Part shown: piece by piece, positions 1 through 9,604 of the stretch
How the letters are laid out: every line of letters starts with the position of its first letter
How positions within the stretch are numbered: the first letter of the stretch is position 1
Assembly (NCBI GenBank): GCA_026396015.1
Contig: JAPLXP010000011.1
Coordinates: 15,897 to 79,896 of the forward strand
Origin: Candidatus Nomurabacteria bacterium
GTDB lineage: Bacteria; Patescibacteriota; Minisyncoccia; Phycocordibacterales; UBA9973
DNA length: 64,000 nucleotides
Direction: 5' to 3'
Position numbers and translations under genes: made by a program
Notes under the pieces: generated by a model
What the model was told of the DNA's origin: nothing
Seen by the model: the letters and a program-made list of their open reading frames with translations, nothing else
Database searches by the model: none

Positions 1-2
1 GA

Positions 3-2030
3 GAAGAAATATTTGATCACGAATTGCTCGACATGCTGAATGCTGCGAACCCATACATGACGGGTTTTGAATTGAAGTACATGACAGCCGCTCACATGCA
101 ACTTGCTGGTAATAGCTACTGGCTTCTTGATGGGGTAAAAAATGATAGCAGTCAGCCGATAGCAATCTATCCACTCAATCCAAAATTTATAAAAGTATTG
201 TCAGCACCGGCACCAGAGTTTGTGACCGGTTACGAATATAAAGTAGGTAATACGACAAAGATATTCAAACCATACGAAATTTTACACCTCAGAATACCTG
301 ATCCAAATGATCCATACGAAGGCATAGGTACAGTGCAGGCGATTGATCAGTGGATCGAAGCTGACAACTATGCAACAGAAGTAAATAAAAAGTTTTTTGA
401 GAATGGTGCTCGTTTGAGCGGACTCATAACAAGTGAAAATGAAATCACAACTGAGCAAGTGGAGTATCTCCGCAAATCATTCGAAAGTATTTATAAGGGC
501 GTAGAAAATGCTTACAAAGTTGGAGCGCTTCCATATGGATTGAAATATGAGGAGCTCGGACAGACTCCGAAAGACATGGACTTCGCAAATCTTGCAACTG
601 AAATGCGAGATCGTATTCTTGCGGGCTTTCGTGTGCCAAAAACAATTCTCGGTGTTGCTGAGAGCGAAACGAATCGTGCGACTGCAGAAACAGCCAATTA
701 TGTTTTTGCTGCACGAACGGTAAAGCCCGCAATGCAATTGATTGTTGAATATCTCAACGAGTTTCTCGTGCCTCGTTATGGCGAAAACCTAGAACTATCA
801 TTCGAAGATCCTGTGCCAGAAAACCGAACAGAGAGAATACAAGAAATGCAGGCCGCGCTAGGACAACAGGCAGCAATCAGCGTAAATGAAGCTCGTGAAG
901 CCTACTTCGGGCTTGCACCCATCACTGATGGTGACGCTGTTCGCGGTAATTTCAGCCTTCAACCGATCGGAATACCAGAGAAAAGTATGAATCGTCCAAC
1001 CTCAAAGAGCAAAGTATTCAAGCCAAGATACATAAAAAGTGCCAAAAAACGAAAGGAAATAGTCGCTGATCTTGCCTCAAAAGCCACTGAGGTACTCAAG
1101 AATATCGAGATAAAGACGGAGGAAGTGAAGAAAAAGGACATAACTCAGCTCTCTCATGAGGAATACGGACTCATCTACAAAGCATTCAACGCTCGAGCAA
1201 CTAGATATGAGAATGCGGAGCGAGAAGCGATCAAAAAAATAAATGAAGGACAGAAAAAAGAAGTTATTGGAAATCTTCCAAATCTGATCAAATCAAAAAT
1301 AAATAAAGCAGATACCTTAGAGCTATTCAATAAAGATGCTTGGGTTATGGCCACAGTGAATGCATCACTACCGATCATGAGCGACTTGTATAAAACAGAA
1401 TCAGCTGAGGCGTACAAACTCATCGGATTAACTCCCGCTGAAACACTCACTCCTGAAGTATTGAAAGCTCTCAAGCGTTCAATGGAACTTATGAGTGAAA
1501 GCTATCACAGCACAACCATAGACTTACTAACAGAAAAAATAAAACAAGCACTTTCAAGCGGACTTAGCATCGATCAGCTCAAGGATCTTGTATCTCAAGT
1601 GTATGAATTCAGTGATGAAGTGCGTGCGCAAGCAGTAGCTAGAACCGAAACATTCCGCATAGGCAATGATGCCACTAGACAGTCGTGGAAAGACTCGGGC
1701 GTTGTTCGAAGTGTGAAGTGGTACACAGCTGAAGACGAAGAAGTTTGTGAATATTGCGGTCCCATGGATGGGACAGTAGTAGCCGTAGAAGAAAACTTCT
1801 TTGATAAAGGCGACAGCGTCGGTGGATCAGACGGTGGGAATCTCGACCTTTCATATAGCAATGTTGAGAATCCTCCACTTCATGTGAATTGCCGATGTTA
1901 TATACGTCCGGAAGAAATAAGTCTTGAAGGAAAAATGCAGGAAGAACCGGAGGCTCCAAAGGTCGAAGAAGACCCTGATCTTTCTGAGGATCAGGTCAAA
2001 GAACTAGAAACAATCATCAATGAAGAATAA
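3..2030 (+). CDS. HK97-family portal protein fused to a C-terminal MuF/SPP1 gp7-like minor head domain (5'-truncated by window)
   Basis: Frame is open from base 3; portal motifs LAGNSYW, FFENGA, ILAGFRVP, NEARE; C-terminal ARTET..KWYTAEDEEVCEYC..PPLHVNCRC is the MuF signature. Confidence 0.88.
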   Translation, partial: EEIFDHELLDMLNAANPYMTGFELKYMTAAHMQLAGNSYWLLDGVKNDSSQPIAIYPLNPKFIKVLSAPAPEFVTGYEYKVGNTTKIFKPYEILHLRIPDPNDPYEGIGTVQAIDQWIEADNYATEVNKKFFENGARLSGLITSENEITTEQVEYLRKSFESIYKGVENAYKVGALPYGLKYEELGQTPKDMDFANLATEMRDRILAGFRVPKTILGVAESETNRATAETANYVFAARTVKPAMQLIVEYLNEFLVPRYGENLELSFEDPVPENRTERIQEMQAALGQQAAISVNEAREAYFGLAPITDGDAVRGNFSLQPIGIPEKSMNRPTSKSKVFKPRYIKSAKKRKEIVADLASKATEVLKNIEIKTEEVKKKDITQLSHEEYGLIYKAFNARATRYENAEREAIKKINEGQKKEVIGNLPNLIKSKINKADTLELFNKDAWVMATVNASLPIMSDLYKTESAEAYKLIGLTPAETLTPEVLKALKRSMELMSESYHSTTIDLLTEKIKQALSSGLSIDQLKDLVSQVYEFSDEVRAQAVARTETFRIGNDATRQSWKDSGVVRSVKWYTAEDEEVCEYCGPMDGTVVAVEENFFDKGDSVGGSDGGNLDLSYSNVENPPLHVNCRCYIRPEEISLEGKMQEEPEAPKVEEDPDLSEDQVKELETIINEE

Positions 2031-2994
2031 CTACGAAAAATTGAAGGGAAAAATCAGTAAGAAACTCGCAGATAAAAACGAGGTTATTAAAACGCTTACA
2101 AAAGAAAATGAAGACCTTAAAAACCGCCCGCCTCAAACTCAAGTTATCGTAGAAAAATTAGTTTTTCCTGATGAGATGGAAATGCACGGTGAAGTCGAAG
2201 TCAAAAATCAAATCAAGGAAGTAGCGATAAATAATCTTCCTGAAATCCAAAAAGTATCTGGTGAGGTGCATATCGCTAACTTGCCCGAAGTCCAAAAAAT
2301 TGTAGGGGAGGTCAGCATTGCCAATTTGCCAGAGCTGCCTGAAGTGCAAAAAGTTGAAGGTGCGATAGAAATCACAAATTTTCCTGACCCTGAAAAACAA
2401 CCTACATGGATTGCCGGAATATTTACAGACTTTTTTGCCACTCTCTCAAAATTACTCACAAAGATTGCAAATAAAACATTCACGACAAAACTCGCAGAGG
2501 GAGAAAGGCAAAAGCCTCAGCTCGTGGTCGTGATCGGCGAAGACGGAAAAGTTATGGATTTCAAGCGCCCTATAAACATTCAAGCAGGACGAGGAAGCGG
2601 TCCCTCAGTAGTTGGTCTGAAAAATACAAACAATCAGGCTATTAATCCTATGACGGAAGAAACCGGCGATACCATCCTCTCAACACTACAAAACTTTGAA
2701 TCAGAAAATGGAATCAGTAATGAAACTGTGCGAGTGGCAATAAGCAAAGGTCTTGCTCAGTATCGAATCCATGACATCTCAACTAACAGCGGTGATCCTC
2801 TTGTAAGTTATTACGGATTCGCTGACTCACTTAACAACTGGTACATCCTCCAAGAAAACAATGACGATCCTATCAATCCGACTTATCGCTATGCAGGTGG
2901 AAATTCAAACATAAACATGGATTACGGAAGTGCTTGGAATAATCGTGAAGGTCTGGGATATGACTACATCTTTAATATAACAATTCCAATTTAA
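2020..2994 (+). CDS. Phage protein with N-terminal coiled coil and ~15-aa internal repeats, possibly a virion/head protein
   Basis: 324-aa ORF overlapping the portal stop; repeats NLPE(I/V)QK(V/I)xGEVxI; aromatic-rich C-terminal domain. Confidence 0.7.
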   Translation: MKNNYEKLKGKISKKLADKNEVIKTLTKENEDLKNRPPQTQVIVEKLVFPDEMEMHGEVEVKNQIKEVAINNLPEIQKVSGEVHIANLPEVQKIVGEVSIANLPELPEVQKVEGAIEITNFPDPEKQPTWIAGIFTDFFATLSKLLTKIANKTFTTKLAEGERQKPQLVVVIGEDGKVMDFKRPINIQAGRGSGPSVVGLKNTNNQAINPMTEETGDTILSTLQNFESENGISNETVRVAISKGLAQYRIHDISTNSGDPLVSYYGFADSLNNWYILQENNDDPINPTYRYAGGNSNINMDYGSAWNNREGLGYDYIFNITIPI

Positions 2995-2998
2995 TTAT

Positions 2999-3385
2999 AT
3001 GCCAGCACCAATTAATCTAAAAAAATTCAATAAGAAGTTAAACCCGTTCACCTGCGAGTTGCAACTGTATCGAACTCACAATCAAGAGTACAGAGTTATC
3101 ACTTCCGGTGGGACGGATGACATCCACATTGAAGATGAGGTGATTCTCATTGAAACAACAGATCCAGTAACGCTTAATCTACCAGATCCGAATTCTGCCG
3201 CAGGGCATATATACACAGTAAAGAAAAAGGTCGGGGCTAGTCCAAACACAAATGTCGACCCTGAACCTGTAGGCACAAATATAGATGGCGATCACCACCC
3301 ATTCTATATGGGGAAAAACCTACAGTGTACAAGATTTTATTCCGACGGGGTCGAATACTGGATAATCGGAAATTATATCCCTTAA
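2999..3385 (+). CDS. Phage hypothetical protein with a beta-rich fibre/decoration-like domain
   Basis: 128-aa ORF in the head module; VTLNLP..GHIYTVKK..IDG..YSDGVEYWII pattern resembles phage fibre domains. Confidence 0.6.
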   Translation: MPAPINLKKFNKKLNPFTCELQLYRTHNQEYRVITSGGTDDIHIEDEVILIETTDPVTLNLPDPNSAAGHIYTVKKKVGASPNTNVDPEPVGTNIDGDHHPFYMGKNLQCTRFYSDGVEYWIIGNYIP

Positions 3386-3426
3386 AAGTCGAATGAATCA
3401 TTATAAAAAATTATTAGTAAAAATTT

Positions 3427-4353
3427 ATGGAAGAAATATATAAAAAATTAACAGAAGAAGTAAAGACCGCTCTTGAGACAAAAGAAATTCTCGAGACGGT
3501 AGCAAAGACAAAAGCCTCGGAAGACTCGGGTACTTTCGAAGTGATTATTTCAACCGCTGATCAAGATCGTCAAGGTGAAGTGGTAGATCAAAACGGATGG
3601 GATCTCTCCCACTTCATGAAAAACCCGATCGTGTTGTGGGCTCACGATTACAGCTCTTTACCAATCGGAGTGGCTGACGAAGTAAAGCTTGTCAATGGAA
3701 ATCTTACTGCAAAGGGACGCTTTGCTCCTGAAGATGCCAATCCATTCGCACAGCAAGTACGCCGACTCTACGATGCAGGGATCGTGCGGGCGACATCGGT
3801 CGGATTTATTGCAAAGAATATGCAGAAAAATGTGATCACCGAATCACAGCTCCTCGAGTTTTCATTCGTTCCGGTCCCTGCGAATCCTTATGCACTCTCC
3901 CTCCGATCAGCAAAAGAAATGGGCTTTGATACGGAAATGCTCGCAATGAAAGGCATCACATTCAAAGCTGAAGGCGATACATGCACACTCGAAGACGGAA
4001 CTGACGGCACGATGCAGGCAGATCCGGACGGAAAACTTGTGTGCATGCCTGCACCGAACGATAAAGAGACTGCACAGGAAGTGATCACCACAATTACCAA
4101 TGCCATCAAAACATTACAAGAAGCAATCGCCGCCTACGGACCTAGAGCCAAGGGTGACGAGGGGGAGGAACATCCAGCAGATGGGGATGCCCCAAACGAA
4201 AGGTCGAATGACGCAGGGACAGATACTGGTGAACCAAACAATGAAGCGAAAGCTCTCAATGATTGGCTTACACAGCGACAGCTCTTGCGACTAATTAATA
4301 ACGTAACAAGTGATGCTCTCAAGAAATTTAATGAGAAGCATCGCTCCAAATAA
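3427..4353 (+). CDS. HK97-family prohead protease with acidic C-terminal extension
   Basis: DRQGEVV, NPIVLWAHD..PIG, ATSVGF, LLEFSFVPVPANP motifs; directly upstream of capsid gene. Confidence 0.92.
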   Translation: MEEIYKKLTEEVKTALETKEILETVAKTKASEDSGTFEVIISTADQDRQGEVVDQNGWDLSHFMKNPIVLWAHDYSSLPIGVADEVKLVNGNLTAKGRFAPEDANPFAQQVRRLYDAGIVRATSVGFIAKNMQKNVITESQLLEFSFVPVPANPYALSLRSAKEMGFDTEMLAMKGITFKAEGDTCTLEDGTDGTMQADPDGKLVCMPAPNDKETAQEVITTITNAIKTLQEAIAAYGPRAKGDEGEEHPADGDAPNERSNDAGTDTGEPNNEAKALNDWLTQRQLLRLINNVTSDALKKFNEKHRSK

Positions 4354-4355
4354 GT

Positions 4356-5534
4356 ATGAATGAGGAACAACTCAAAGCTATAGAAGCAAAATTCCGCGAA
4401 GTTGTAGATGAGGCTTTCGAAAAGAAGATCGGTGAGGCCGTAGGTCCCATGGTCGCTAAAGAAACCCGCTCAATCGTGGAAAAGATGCGCATCGAGCGCT
4501 CTCTCTTCGGCAGTGATGTGTCCGGTCTTACCAATGATCAAAAAACAAATTTTGCAGAAATTGCAAAAGCTGTAGGTTTTGGTGATAAGGCTAAGGCAGG
4601 TGCATTAACTGAGGAGCAAGATAGCGCGGGCGGATACCTTGTAGAAACTGAAGTTGCAGCAGCGATCGTGAGGATTGCGGCAACTGTTGGCCTCGTCTTG
4701 GCACAGGCTACAAAGTGGCCTATGACAACTGATGAGCTCGGAATCCCTGCATTCACAGGTGCATTCTTGGAAGGTGAATACCTAGGCTATGATGCCGCAG
4801 GTTCTATTACTGCAATGACATTCGGGCAAGTCGCTTTGATAGCAAAGAAGTGGCAGCTCGCATTTGCATTGGGTAATGATCTTCTCTCGGATGCCAGTGT
4901 GAATCTTGCGGATTGGCTTCTTGCACTCGCCGGTGAGGCGCTTGCAAACCGAACCGACAAGGAAGGATTCATCGGTGGCGGATTCGCAGGTTCTCCTTTT
5001 GTGGGAATCATGAATCATCCGACTGTGACCGTACAGACAATGGCGACAGGAAAAACAACTTTCGCTTTGTTTGATATTGCGGAAGCATCGGACGCTATCG
5101 CGAACCTTGAAGAATCTTTACTTGATGGTGCGGCGTTTTACTTCAACCGCACAGTATGGGCAAAGATTCGTTCGCAGAAAGACACCGCAGGCAACTACAT
5201 CTTCGGTTATTACAATACCGACTTTGTATCTTTCGGTGTGGGATCGGGACTTAAACCGCAAGGTTTTATTCTCGGCTATCCGGTCTACACAACTCGCCAT
5301 CTCCCCGCAAACTCCGCTTCAGCAATCAGCACTACTTTTGCCATCTTTGGCAACATTAAGGCTCTTGCGTACGGAGACAAGGGTGAGATGAAGGTCGCGC
5401 AGTACCAGTCCGGAACTTTCGGAGGCAAGGAAATTGCACTCTCCGATCAGACGGGTCTTGTGATTAAACATCGTCATGCCGTAGTGGTAACACTCGGTGC
5501 GGCGTTTGTGCTTCTTAAGACTTCGGCTTCTTAG
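4356..5534 (+). CDS. Major capsid protein (HK97 fold)
   Basis: AGGYLV, LLSDASVNL, KDTAGNYIF, ILGYPVY, FGNIKA motifs; 392 aa; gene position. Confidence 0.93.
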   Translation: MNEEQLKAIEAKFREVVDEAFEKKIGEAVGPMVAKETRSIVEKMRIERSLFGSDVSGLTNDQKTNFAEIAKAVGFGDKAKAGALTEEQDSAGGYLVETEVAAAIVRIAATVGLVLAQATKWPMTTDELGIPAFTGAFLEGEYLGYDAAGSITAMTFGQVALIAKKWQLAFALGNDLLSDASVNLADWLLALAGEALANRTDKEGFIGGGFAGSPFVGIMNHPTVTVQTMATGKTTFALFDIAEASDAIANLEESLLDGAAFYFNRTVWAKIRSQKDTAGNYIFGYYNTDFVSFGVGSGLKPQGFILGYPVYTTRHLPANSASAISTTFAIFGNIKALAYGDKGEMKVAQYQSGTFGGKEIALSDQTGLVIKHRHAVVVTLGAAFVLLKTSAS

Positions 5535-5545
5535 TAGTAATTAAC

Positions 5546-5594
5546 TCTCCCGACTTTCTGTCTGTGATTCCTCGCAGACAGTGTAGTCGGGAGA
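5546..5594 (+). other. Long stem-loop after the capsid gene, no U-tract (mRNA stabiliser or attenuator)
   Basis: TCTCCCGACT/AGTCGGGAGA outer stem and CTGTCTGTGA/TCGCAGACAG inner stem with a G-U pair; follows triple stop TAGTAGTAA. Confidence 0.7.
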
Positions 5595-5604
5595 AACAAC
5601 AACC

Positions 5605-5901
5605 ATGACAAAAACTTACCAAGTAATAAAACCTGTTGGCTTCGCTGGTCGCCGAGAAATCGGTGAGATGTTGGAGCTGACAGATGATGAGGCGCGCAAT
5701 ATTGGTGACGAATTTGTGAAGCTTGTTCCTGATCAGGAAGAAAGTACAGATGTGGCAGAGTCAGAAAAAACTGATGAGCCTGCAGATGAACATGAACCTG
5801 AAAAAGAAGAAGAACACGAAGAAGTTGCTCCGGAGTCCACACCTGCGACCGCAGGCGATAAAGTCGAGGACGAGGATGGTGTCAATCACGATAACGCGTA
5901 A
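5605..5901 (+). CDS. Small phage head-region protein with acidic tail
   Basis: 98-aa ORF after the capsid gene; short folded N-terminus then Glu/Asp-rich tail. Confidence 0.7.
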   Translation: MTKTYQVIKPVGFAGRREIGEMLELTDDEARNIGDEFVKLVPDQEESTDVAESEKTDEPADEHEPEKEEEHEEVAPESTPATAGDKVEDEDGVNHDNA

Positions 5902-5916
5902 GCCCAAAAAAAACAT

Positions 5917-6339
5917 ATGAGATCAGTATATGACGGAGTTAAATCTTTAATCGCAATTCGTCCAGTTAATGCATCTGCAGTTCAGACAAGTGCAGCTATT
6001 GATACCCAAGGGTACAACAGCGCAATGTTTGTGATTGAAAATGGTGCTGCGACAGGAACACCAACGAGCTACACAGTAGACGCGAAGGTGCAGGAATGTG
6101 ACACGTCAGGCGGTACATACGTCGACATCCCGAGTTCAGCAATCACACAAATCGTTGCAGATAATAAATCTGCACAGATTCGTGTTGAAGCATTGAATAC
6201 CGGACGCAAGCGTTTCTTTAAGCTCTTGATTACTCCTGCATTGACAGGTGGTACAACGCCTAAAGCGCTTATTTCCGGACATGCGCTCCTCGGACGTGCA
6301 TTCCAGAATGCGGTTAGCAACAGCTCAGTTCCTGCTTAG
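5917..6339 (+). CDS. Putative capsid cement/decoration protein (Bbp16-like beta sandwich)
   Basis: 140 aa; IDTQGY..VQECDT..KRFFKL pattern typical of jelly-roll capsid accessory proteins. Confidence 0.6.
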   Translation: MRSVYDGVKSLIAIRPVNASAVQTSAAIDTQGYNSAMFVIENGAATGTPTSYTVDAKVQECDTSGGTYVDIPSSAITQIVADNKSAQIRVEALNTGRKRFFKLLITPALTGGTTPKALISGHALLGRAFQNAVSNSSVPA

Positions 6340-6347
6340 TCAGGATT

Positions 6348-6396
6348 GAGTCTCGGCTCACGCGCTCTCGGCAACGGGGGCGCGACGCGGGGACTT
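6348..6396 (+). other. GC-rich stem-loop with GCAA tetraloop
   Basis: CGCGCTCTCG-GCAA-CGGGGGCGCG with G-U pairs, plus outer GAGTCTC/GGGACTT. Confidence 0.7.
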
Positions 6397-6420
6397 AATA
6401 ATAAAATCCCCGAAACATTT

Positions 6421-7044
6421 ATGGCAGAAACAATCTACACATACGCACTGACGACAGTGCAAAGAATGAAAGACAGAATGACAATCACGGTCACAGACCA
6501 TGATGCAAATTTATTGCGCATGATAAATGTGGTCACTGATTTCATAGAAAGCCAATGCCATAGAAGATTCCTTGAAGGTACTTATACCGAAGAAGTCTAC
6601 TCGATACATGGACACAAACAGAATCATTTGTTTTTGAAACACTATCCTGTCTCTGTTCTCACACAACTGCAATACGGAGTAGGCACGCCTTCAAATAAAA
6701 GCTGGACGAGCTATTTGGTCGATGACTTCGAGCTTGCTGATGACGGAGGCAACGGACTGGTCCGCATGTATAACATCCTTCCGTATGGCGTGAATAAGAT
6801 TCGCGCGACCTACACAGCCGGATACAAGATCGACTGGCCGAACTTTGGAACTGCTACTCACACATTGCCTGCAGATTTGACCGACTTATGCGAGCGACTG
6901 GTAACAAAGCTCTTTAAAAAGCGCGATCAAGAAGGCAAAGATGAGGAGATATTCAACGGTAATCGAGTGATTTGGAGCAAAGAATTATCGCCCGATGACA
7001 AGGCAGTGGTCGCACACTACAAACGATTCCCAGTATTTTCTTAA
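6421..7044 (+). CDS. Head-tail adaptor (HK97 gp6/SPP1 gp15-like)
   Basis: ALTTVQRMK..D..L..I..VTDFIESQCHRRF, YTAGY..LPADL motifs; ATG at 6421 preferred because the upstream in-frame part is the hairpin. Confidence 0.8.
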   Translation: MAETIYTYALTTVQRMKDRMTITVTDHDANLLRMINVVTDFIESQCHRRFLEGTYTEEVYSIHGHKQNHLFLKHYPVSVLTQLQYGVGTPSNKSWTSYLVDDFELADDGGNGLVRMYNILPYGVNKIRATYTAGYKIDWPNFGTATHTLPADLTDLCERLVTKLFKKRDQEGKDEEIFNGNRVIWSKELSPDDKAVVAHYKRFPVFS

Positions 7045-7047
7045 ATT

Positions 7048-7434
7048 ATGTCCAGCTATAACGTACAAATTGAAGGAATGAAGGAGCTGATTAAGGCAAT
7101 GGATGAAGCGCCATCAATCATAAAACCTCTACTACAGAGTGCGGTAGTAGCGTCCGGCGCAATATTTGCAAGTAAAACTTTGAAAGATGATCCGATCCCG
7201 TGGCGAACAGGAAATCTTCTTCTTTCGTTTCGATTTACCACCGGAGATCTTCTCGCGAAATGGTACCCGACTGCTTACTACGCAATTTTTGTTCACGATG
7301 GAACGAGTAGGGGATTGAAGGCGAATCCATTCATGCCAAAGGTCGGAGAAAAAGCAAAAGAAAATATTAATTCATTATTCAGAGACGCGACTCGAAAAGC
7401 AACACAAAAAATTTCAGGTCGCACATCAATATAA
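7048..7434 (+). CDS. HK97 gp10-family neck/tail-completion protein
   Basis: IEGMKEL, PWRTGNL, YAIFVHDGT, ANPFM motifs. Confidence 0.85.
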   Translation: MSSYNVQIEGMKELIKAMDEAPSIIKPLLQSAVVASGAIFASKTLKDDPIPWRTGNLLLSFRFTTGDLLAKWYPTAYYAIFVHDGTSRGLKANPFMPKVGEKAKENINSLFRDATRKATQKISGRTSI

Positions 7435-7438
7435 ATTT

Positions 7439-7882
7439 ATGCCAACACTTGTAGGAAATATAAAAATACAAATAAAAGCAAAACTCGATGCACTGGTAAC
7501 GGCAGGAACCCTTGCGTCAGTACAAGAAGATGATTTTTCAGTTGGTGTGTTGTACCGAGACTTCGGAAAATTCCCTGTCGCTATTCTTTCGGGTGCTGCG
7601 ATTGGAAACTCCATACTTACTAACCGTGACAACCTGAGAGCGCATACGTTCAACATTCTTATTCTCTCAAAAGCTGAAGATGTGACATCACCCGATCAAG
7701 TCGAAACATTGATGGAAAATGTTATCAATGCTTTTGATAATGATCCGACATTACAAGGAACGGCGGACGGCTCAGTCGAACCGTCCACGTCGTCGCCCGA
7801 GCCAGTGTCCTCGGCAGGCAAAAACTATATTGCCTTCATGGTCACGGTAAAGGCAAATGCAGTTAAAAATCTAACTTACTAA
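7439..7882 (+). CDS. Tail terminator-like protein
   Basis: 147 aa between gp10-like gene and tail tube; DPTLQG motif. Confidence 0.65.
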   Translation: MPTLVGNIKIQIKAKLDALVTAGTLASVQEDDFSVGVLYRDFGKFPVAILSGAAIGNSILTNRDNLRAHTFNILILSKAEDVTSPDQVETLMENVINAFDNDPTLQGTADGSVEPSTSSPEPVSSAGKNYIAFMVTVKANAVKNLTY

Positions 7883-7886
7883 AACA

Positions 7887-8066
7887 ATGAATAATCCAAA
7901 CAAAGCAATCACAAATAAGGAGGTCGAGGAAGGAAAAATTAAAACCACAATAAATTCCTTTCACTTTGCGGGCGGTATGGAATATGAACCGCTCACGGTC
8001 GAAGCAGGGTCCCGCGAAGAAGCAGAGAAATTGTGGGAAGCACGAAGGGTAAAGGTCAAAGTTTAA
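7887..8066 (+). CDS. Small phage protein, 59 aa (not in ORF track)
   Basis: My translation MNNPNKAITNKEVEEGKIKTTINSFHFAGGMEYEPLTVEAGSREEAEKLWEARRVKVKV fills the gap between neighbouring genes. Confidence 0.7.
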   Translation: MNNPNKAITNKEVEEGKIKTTINSFHFAGGMEYEPLTVEAGSREEAEKLWEARRVKVKV

Positions 8067-8092
8067 TTATTATTAATTTTTAGAAAAAATAT

Positions 8093-9082
8093 ATGTCAAA
8101 AGGTATAGGCAGACTGTTCCAAGTAGGTATCGCAAAAGAAACAACACGCGGTACTGCAATATCCTCGGCAGCATACTGGATCCCTTTCTCCGAGCTTGCG
8201 CTTGAAGAAAAGGATTCAAAAATTGTCGACGATCAATCATACGGCGTGATTGAAGATTCACAGAATCAAACGATTACAAAACAATGGGCGGAAGGGAAGA
8301 TGAAAGCACCAATAGGTGATCGACATTTTCCGTTAATTCTTCTCTCAGTTCTCGGCTCGCTGAGTACAACAACCAATGCAGATGCAAGCGGTAACGTGAG
8401 AGATCATACAATCACGGTCGCTCAAAGCGCACAGCATCAATCGCTGACGTATTTTCTTGATGATCCGCTTTCCGGAGCTGATTACAAGAATGCGAATGGT
8501 GTGATTGAAAACCTAGAAATTCACTACGATATGGGTAAGTTTTTAGAGTACAACATCACTGTAAAAACACAGAAAGGTGCGTCGACGACAAACTCACCAT
8601 CAACGACAGTAGAGAATCGTTTTCTTCCTCAGCATGTGACTTTCAAACTCGCATCCGCATACTCCGGTCTTGGTGCGGCTTCAGCACAAGTGATCAAATC
8701 GCTTAGTCTCAAGTTCGAAAACAATATAGAAGATGACTATGTTCTCGGCAGTCTTTCCCCCGCTGATTTTCTCAATAAGCAATTCACGATAAGTGGAACG
8801 CTTGAAGCATTGTGGCAAAACGAATCTGACTTCAAAACATTCGTGCTTGCGGGTACATACAAAGCAATGCGTATCGATATTATGAACACCGATGTGACGA
8901 TCGGTACATCAGCGCGCCCAGAAGTAAAGATTGATCTTGCAAAAGTTATCTTCGAACCAGTCACACGTCCAATCAAGGTGAATGACATGGTTAAACAACA
9001 ACTCAACTTCAAAGCACATTATTCGCAGACAGATTCAAAAATGGTTCAAATAGTCGTAACGAACCTTATAACTTCTTACTAA
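8093..9082 (+). CDS. Major tail tube protein
   Basis: GIAKETTRGT N-terminus, SLKFENN, ISGTLE motifs; precedes chaperone and tape measure. Confidence 0.85.
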   Translation: MSKGIGRLFQVGIAKETTRGTAISSAAYWIPFSELALEEKDSKIVDDQSYGVIEDSQNQTITKQWAEGKMKAPIGDRHFPLILLSVLGSLSTTTNADASGNVRDHTITVAQSAQHQSLTYFLDDPLSGADYKNANGVIENLEIHYDMGKFLEYNITVKTQKGASTTNSPSTTVENRFLPQHVTFKLASAYSGLGAASAQVIKSLSLKFENNIEDDYVLGSLSPADFLNKQFTISGTLEALWQNESDFKTFVLAGTYKAMRIDIMNTDVTIGTSARPEVKIDLAKVIFEPVTRPIKVNDMVKQQLNFKAHYSQTDSKMVQIVVTNLITSY

Positions 9083-9084
9083 TT

Positions 9085-9417
9085 ATGGAACGTACAACAA
9101 AAACATTACAGACTCCGCTTCGAAAGGAAATCGTACTAAAAGAGTATGTCACCGCGCGTGAGCGAAACGAATTGCGATCAATCCTTCTAGGCAATATGAA
9201 ATTTGACACTGAGGGAAAAGAAATAGGAACGGCAGAACTTTCAGGAAATACACTCGAGATTTCAGAAAGAAAAATGCTTGAAGTGATTGTGACTTCTTAC
9301 GATGGAAGTACAGAAAATATTATTGATCGACTTTTGGATTCAACACCAGAAGAATATGACTTCGCAGTCAAGGAAGCAATGGAGGTCAACAAGGGAAATT
9401 TAATCGCGGCGAAGTAA
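9085..9417 (+). CDS. Tail assembly chaperone (gpG-like)
   Basis: 110-aa ORF between tail tube and tape measure; slippery site near 3' end. Confidence 0.8.
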   Translation: MERTTKTLQTPLRKEIVLKEYVTARERNELRSILLGNMKFDTEGKEIGTAELSGNTLEISERKMLEVIVTSYDGSTENIIDRLLDSTPEEYDFAVKEAMEVNKGNLIAAK

Positions 9418-9602
9418 CGTACCAATGGGAACGCTACTTCGCCTCAGGTAGAGCCGATCTTACTCACGAAATGGTGCAAGCAGTTATCTGTAGAGAAATG
9501 AAATGGACATATGAAGAATATCTTGAATGTCCGAGTTGGTTTATAGACATGATACTCGACATGCTTCAGTCCGAAGCGAGAGCAAATAACAAAGACAAAT
9601 AA
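9085..9602 (+). CDS. Tail assembly chaperone gpGT-like product via programmed -1 frameshift at 9393-9402
   Basis: In-frame G GGA AAT TTA; the -1 frame is open to TAA at 9600-9602 and reads ..FNRGEVTYQWERYFASGRADLTHEMVQAVICREMKWTYEEYLECPSWFIDMILDMLQSEARANNKDK. Confidence 0.8.
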
Positions 9603-9604
9603 TT

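Noticed and set aside
6346-6420. TTG-start extension of the head-tail adaptor
   Set aside because: It runs through the GC-rich hairpin; ATG 6421 has the typical A/T-rich context.
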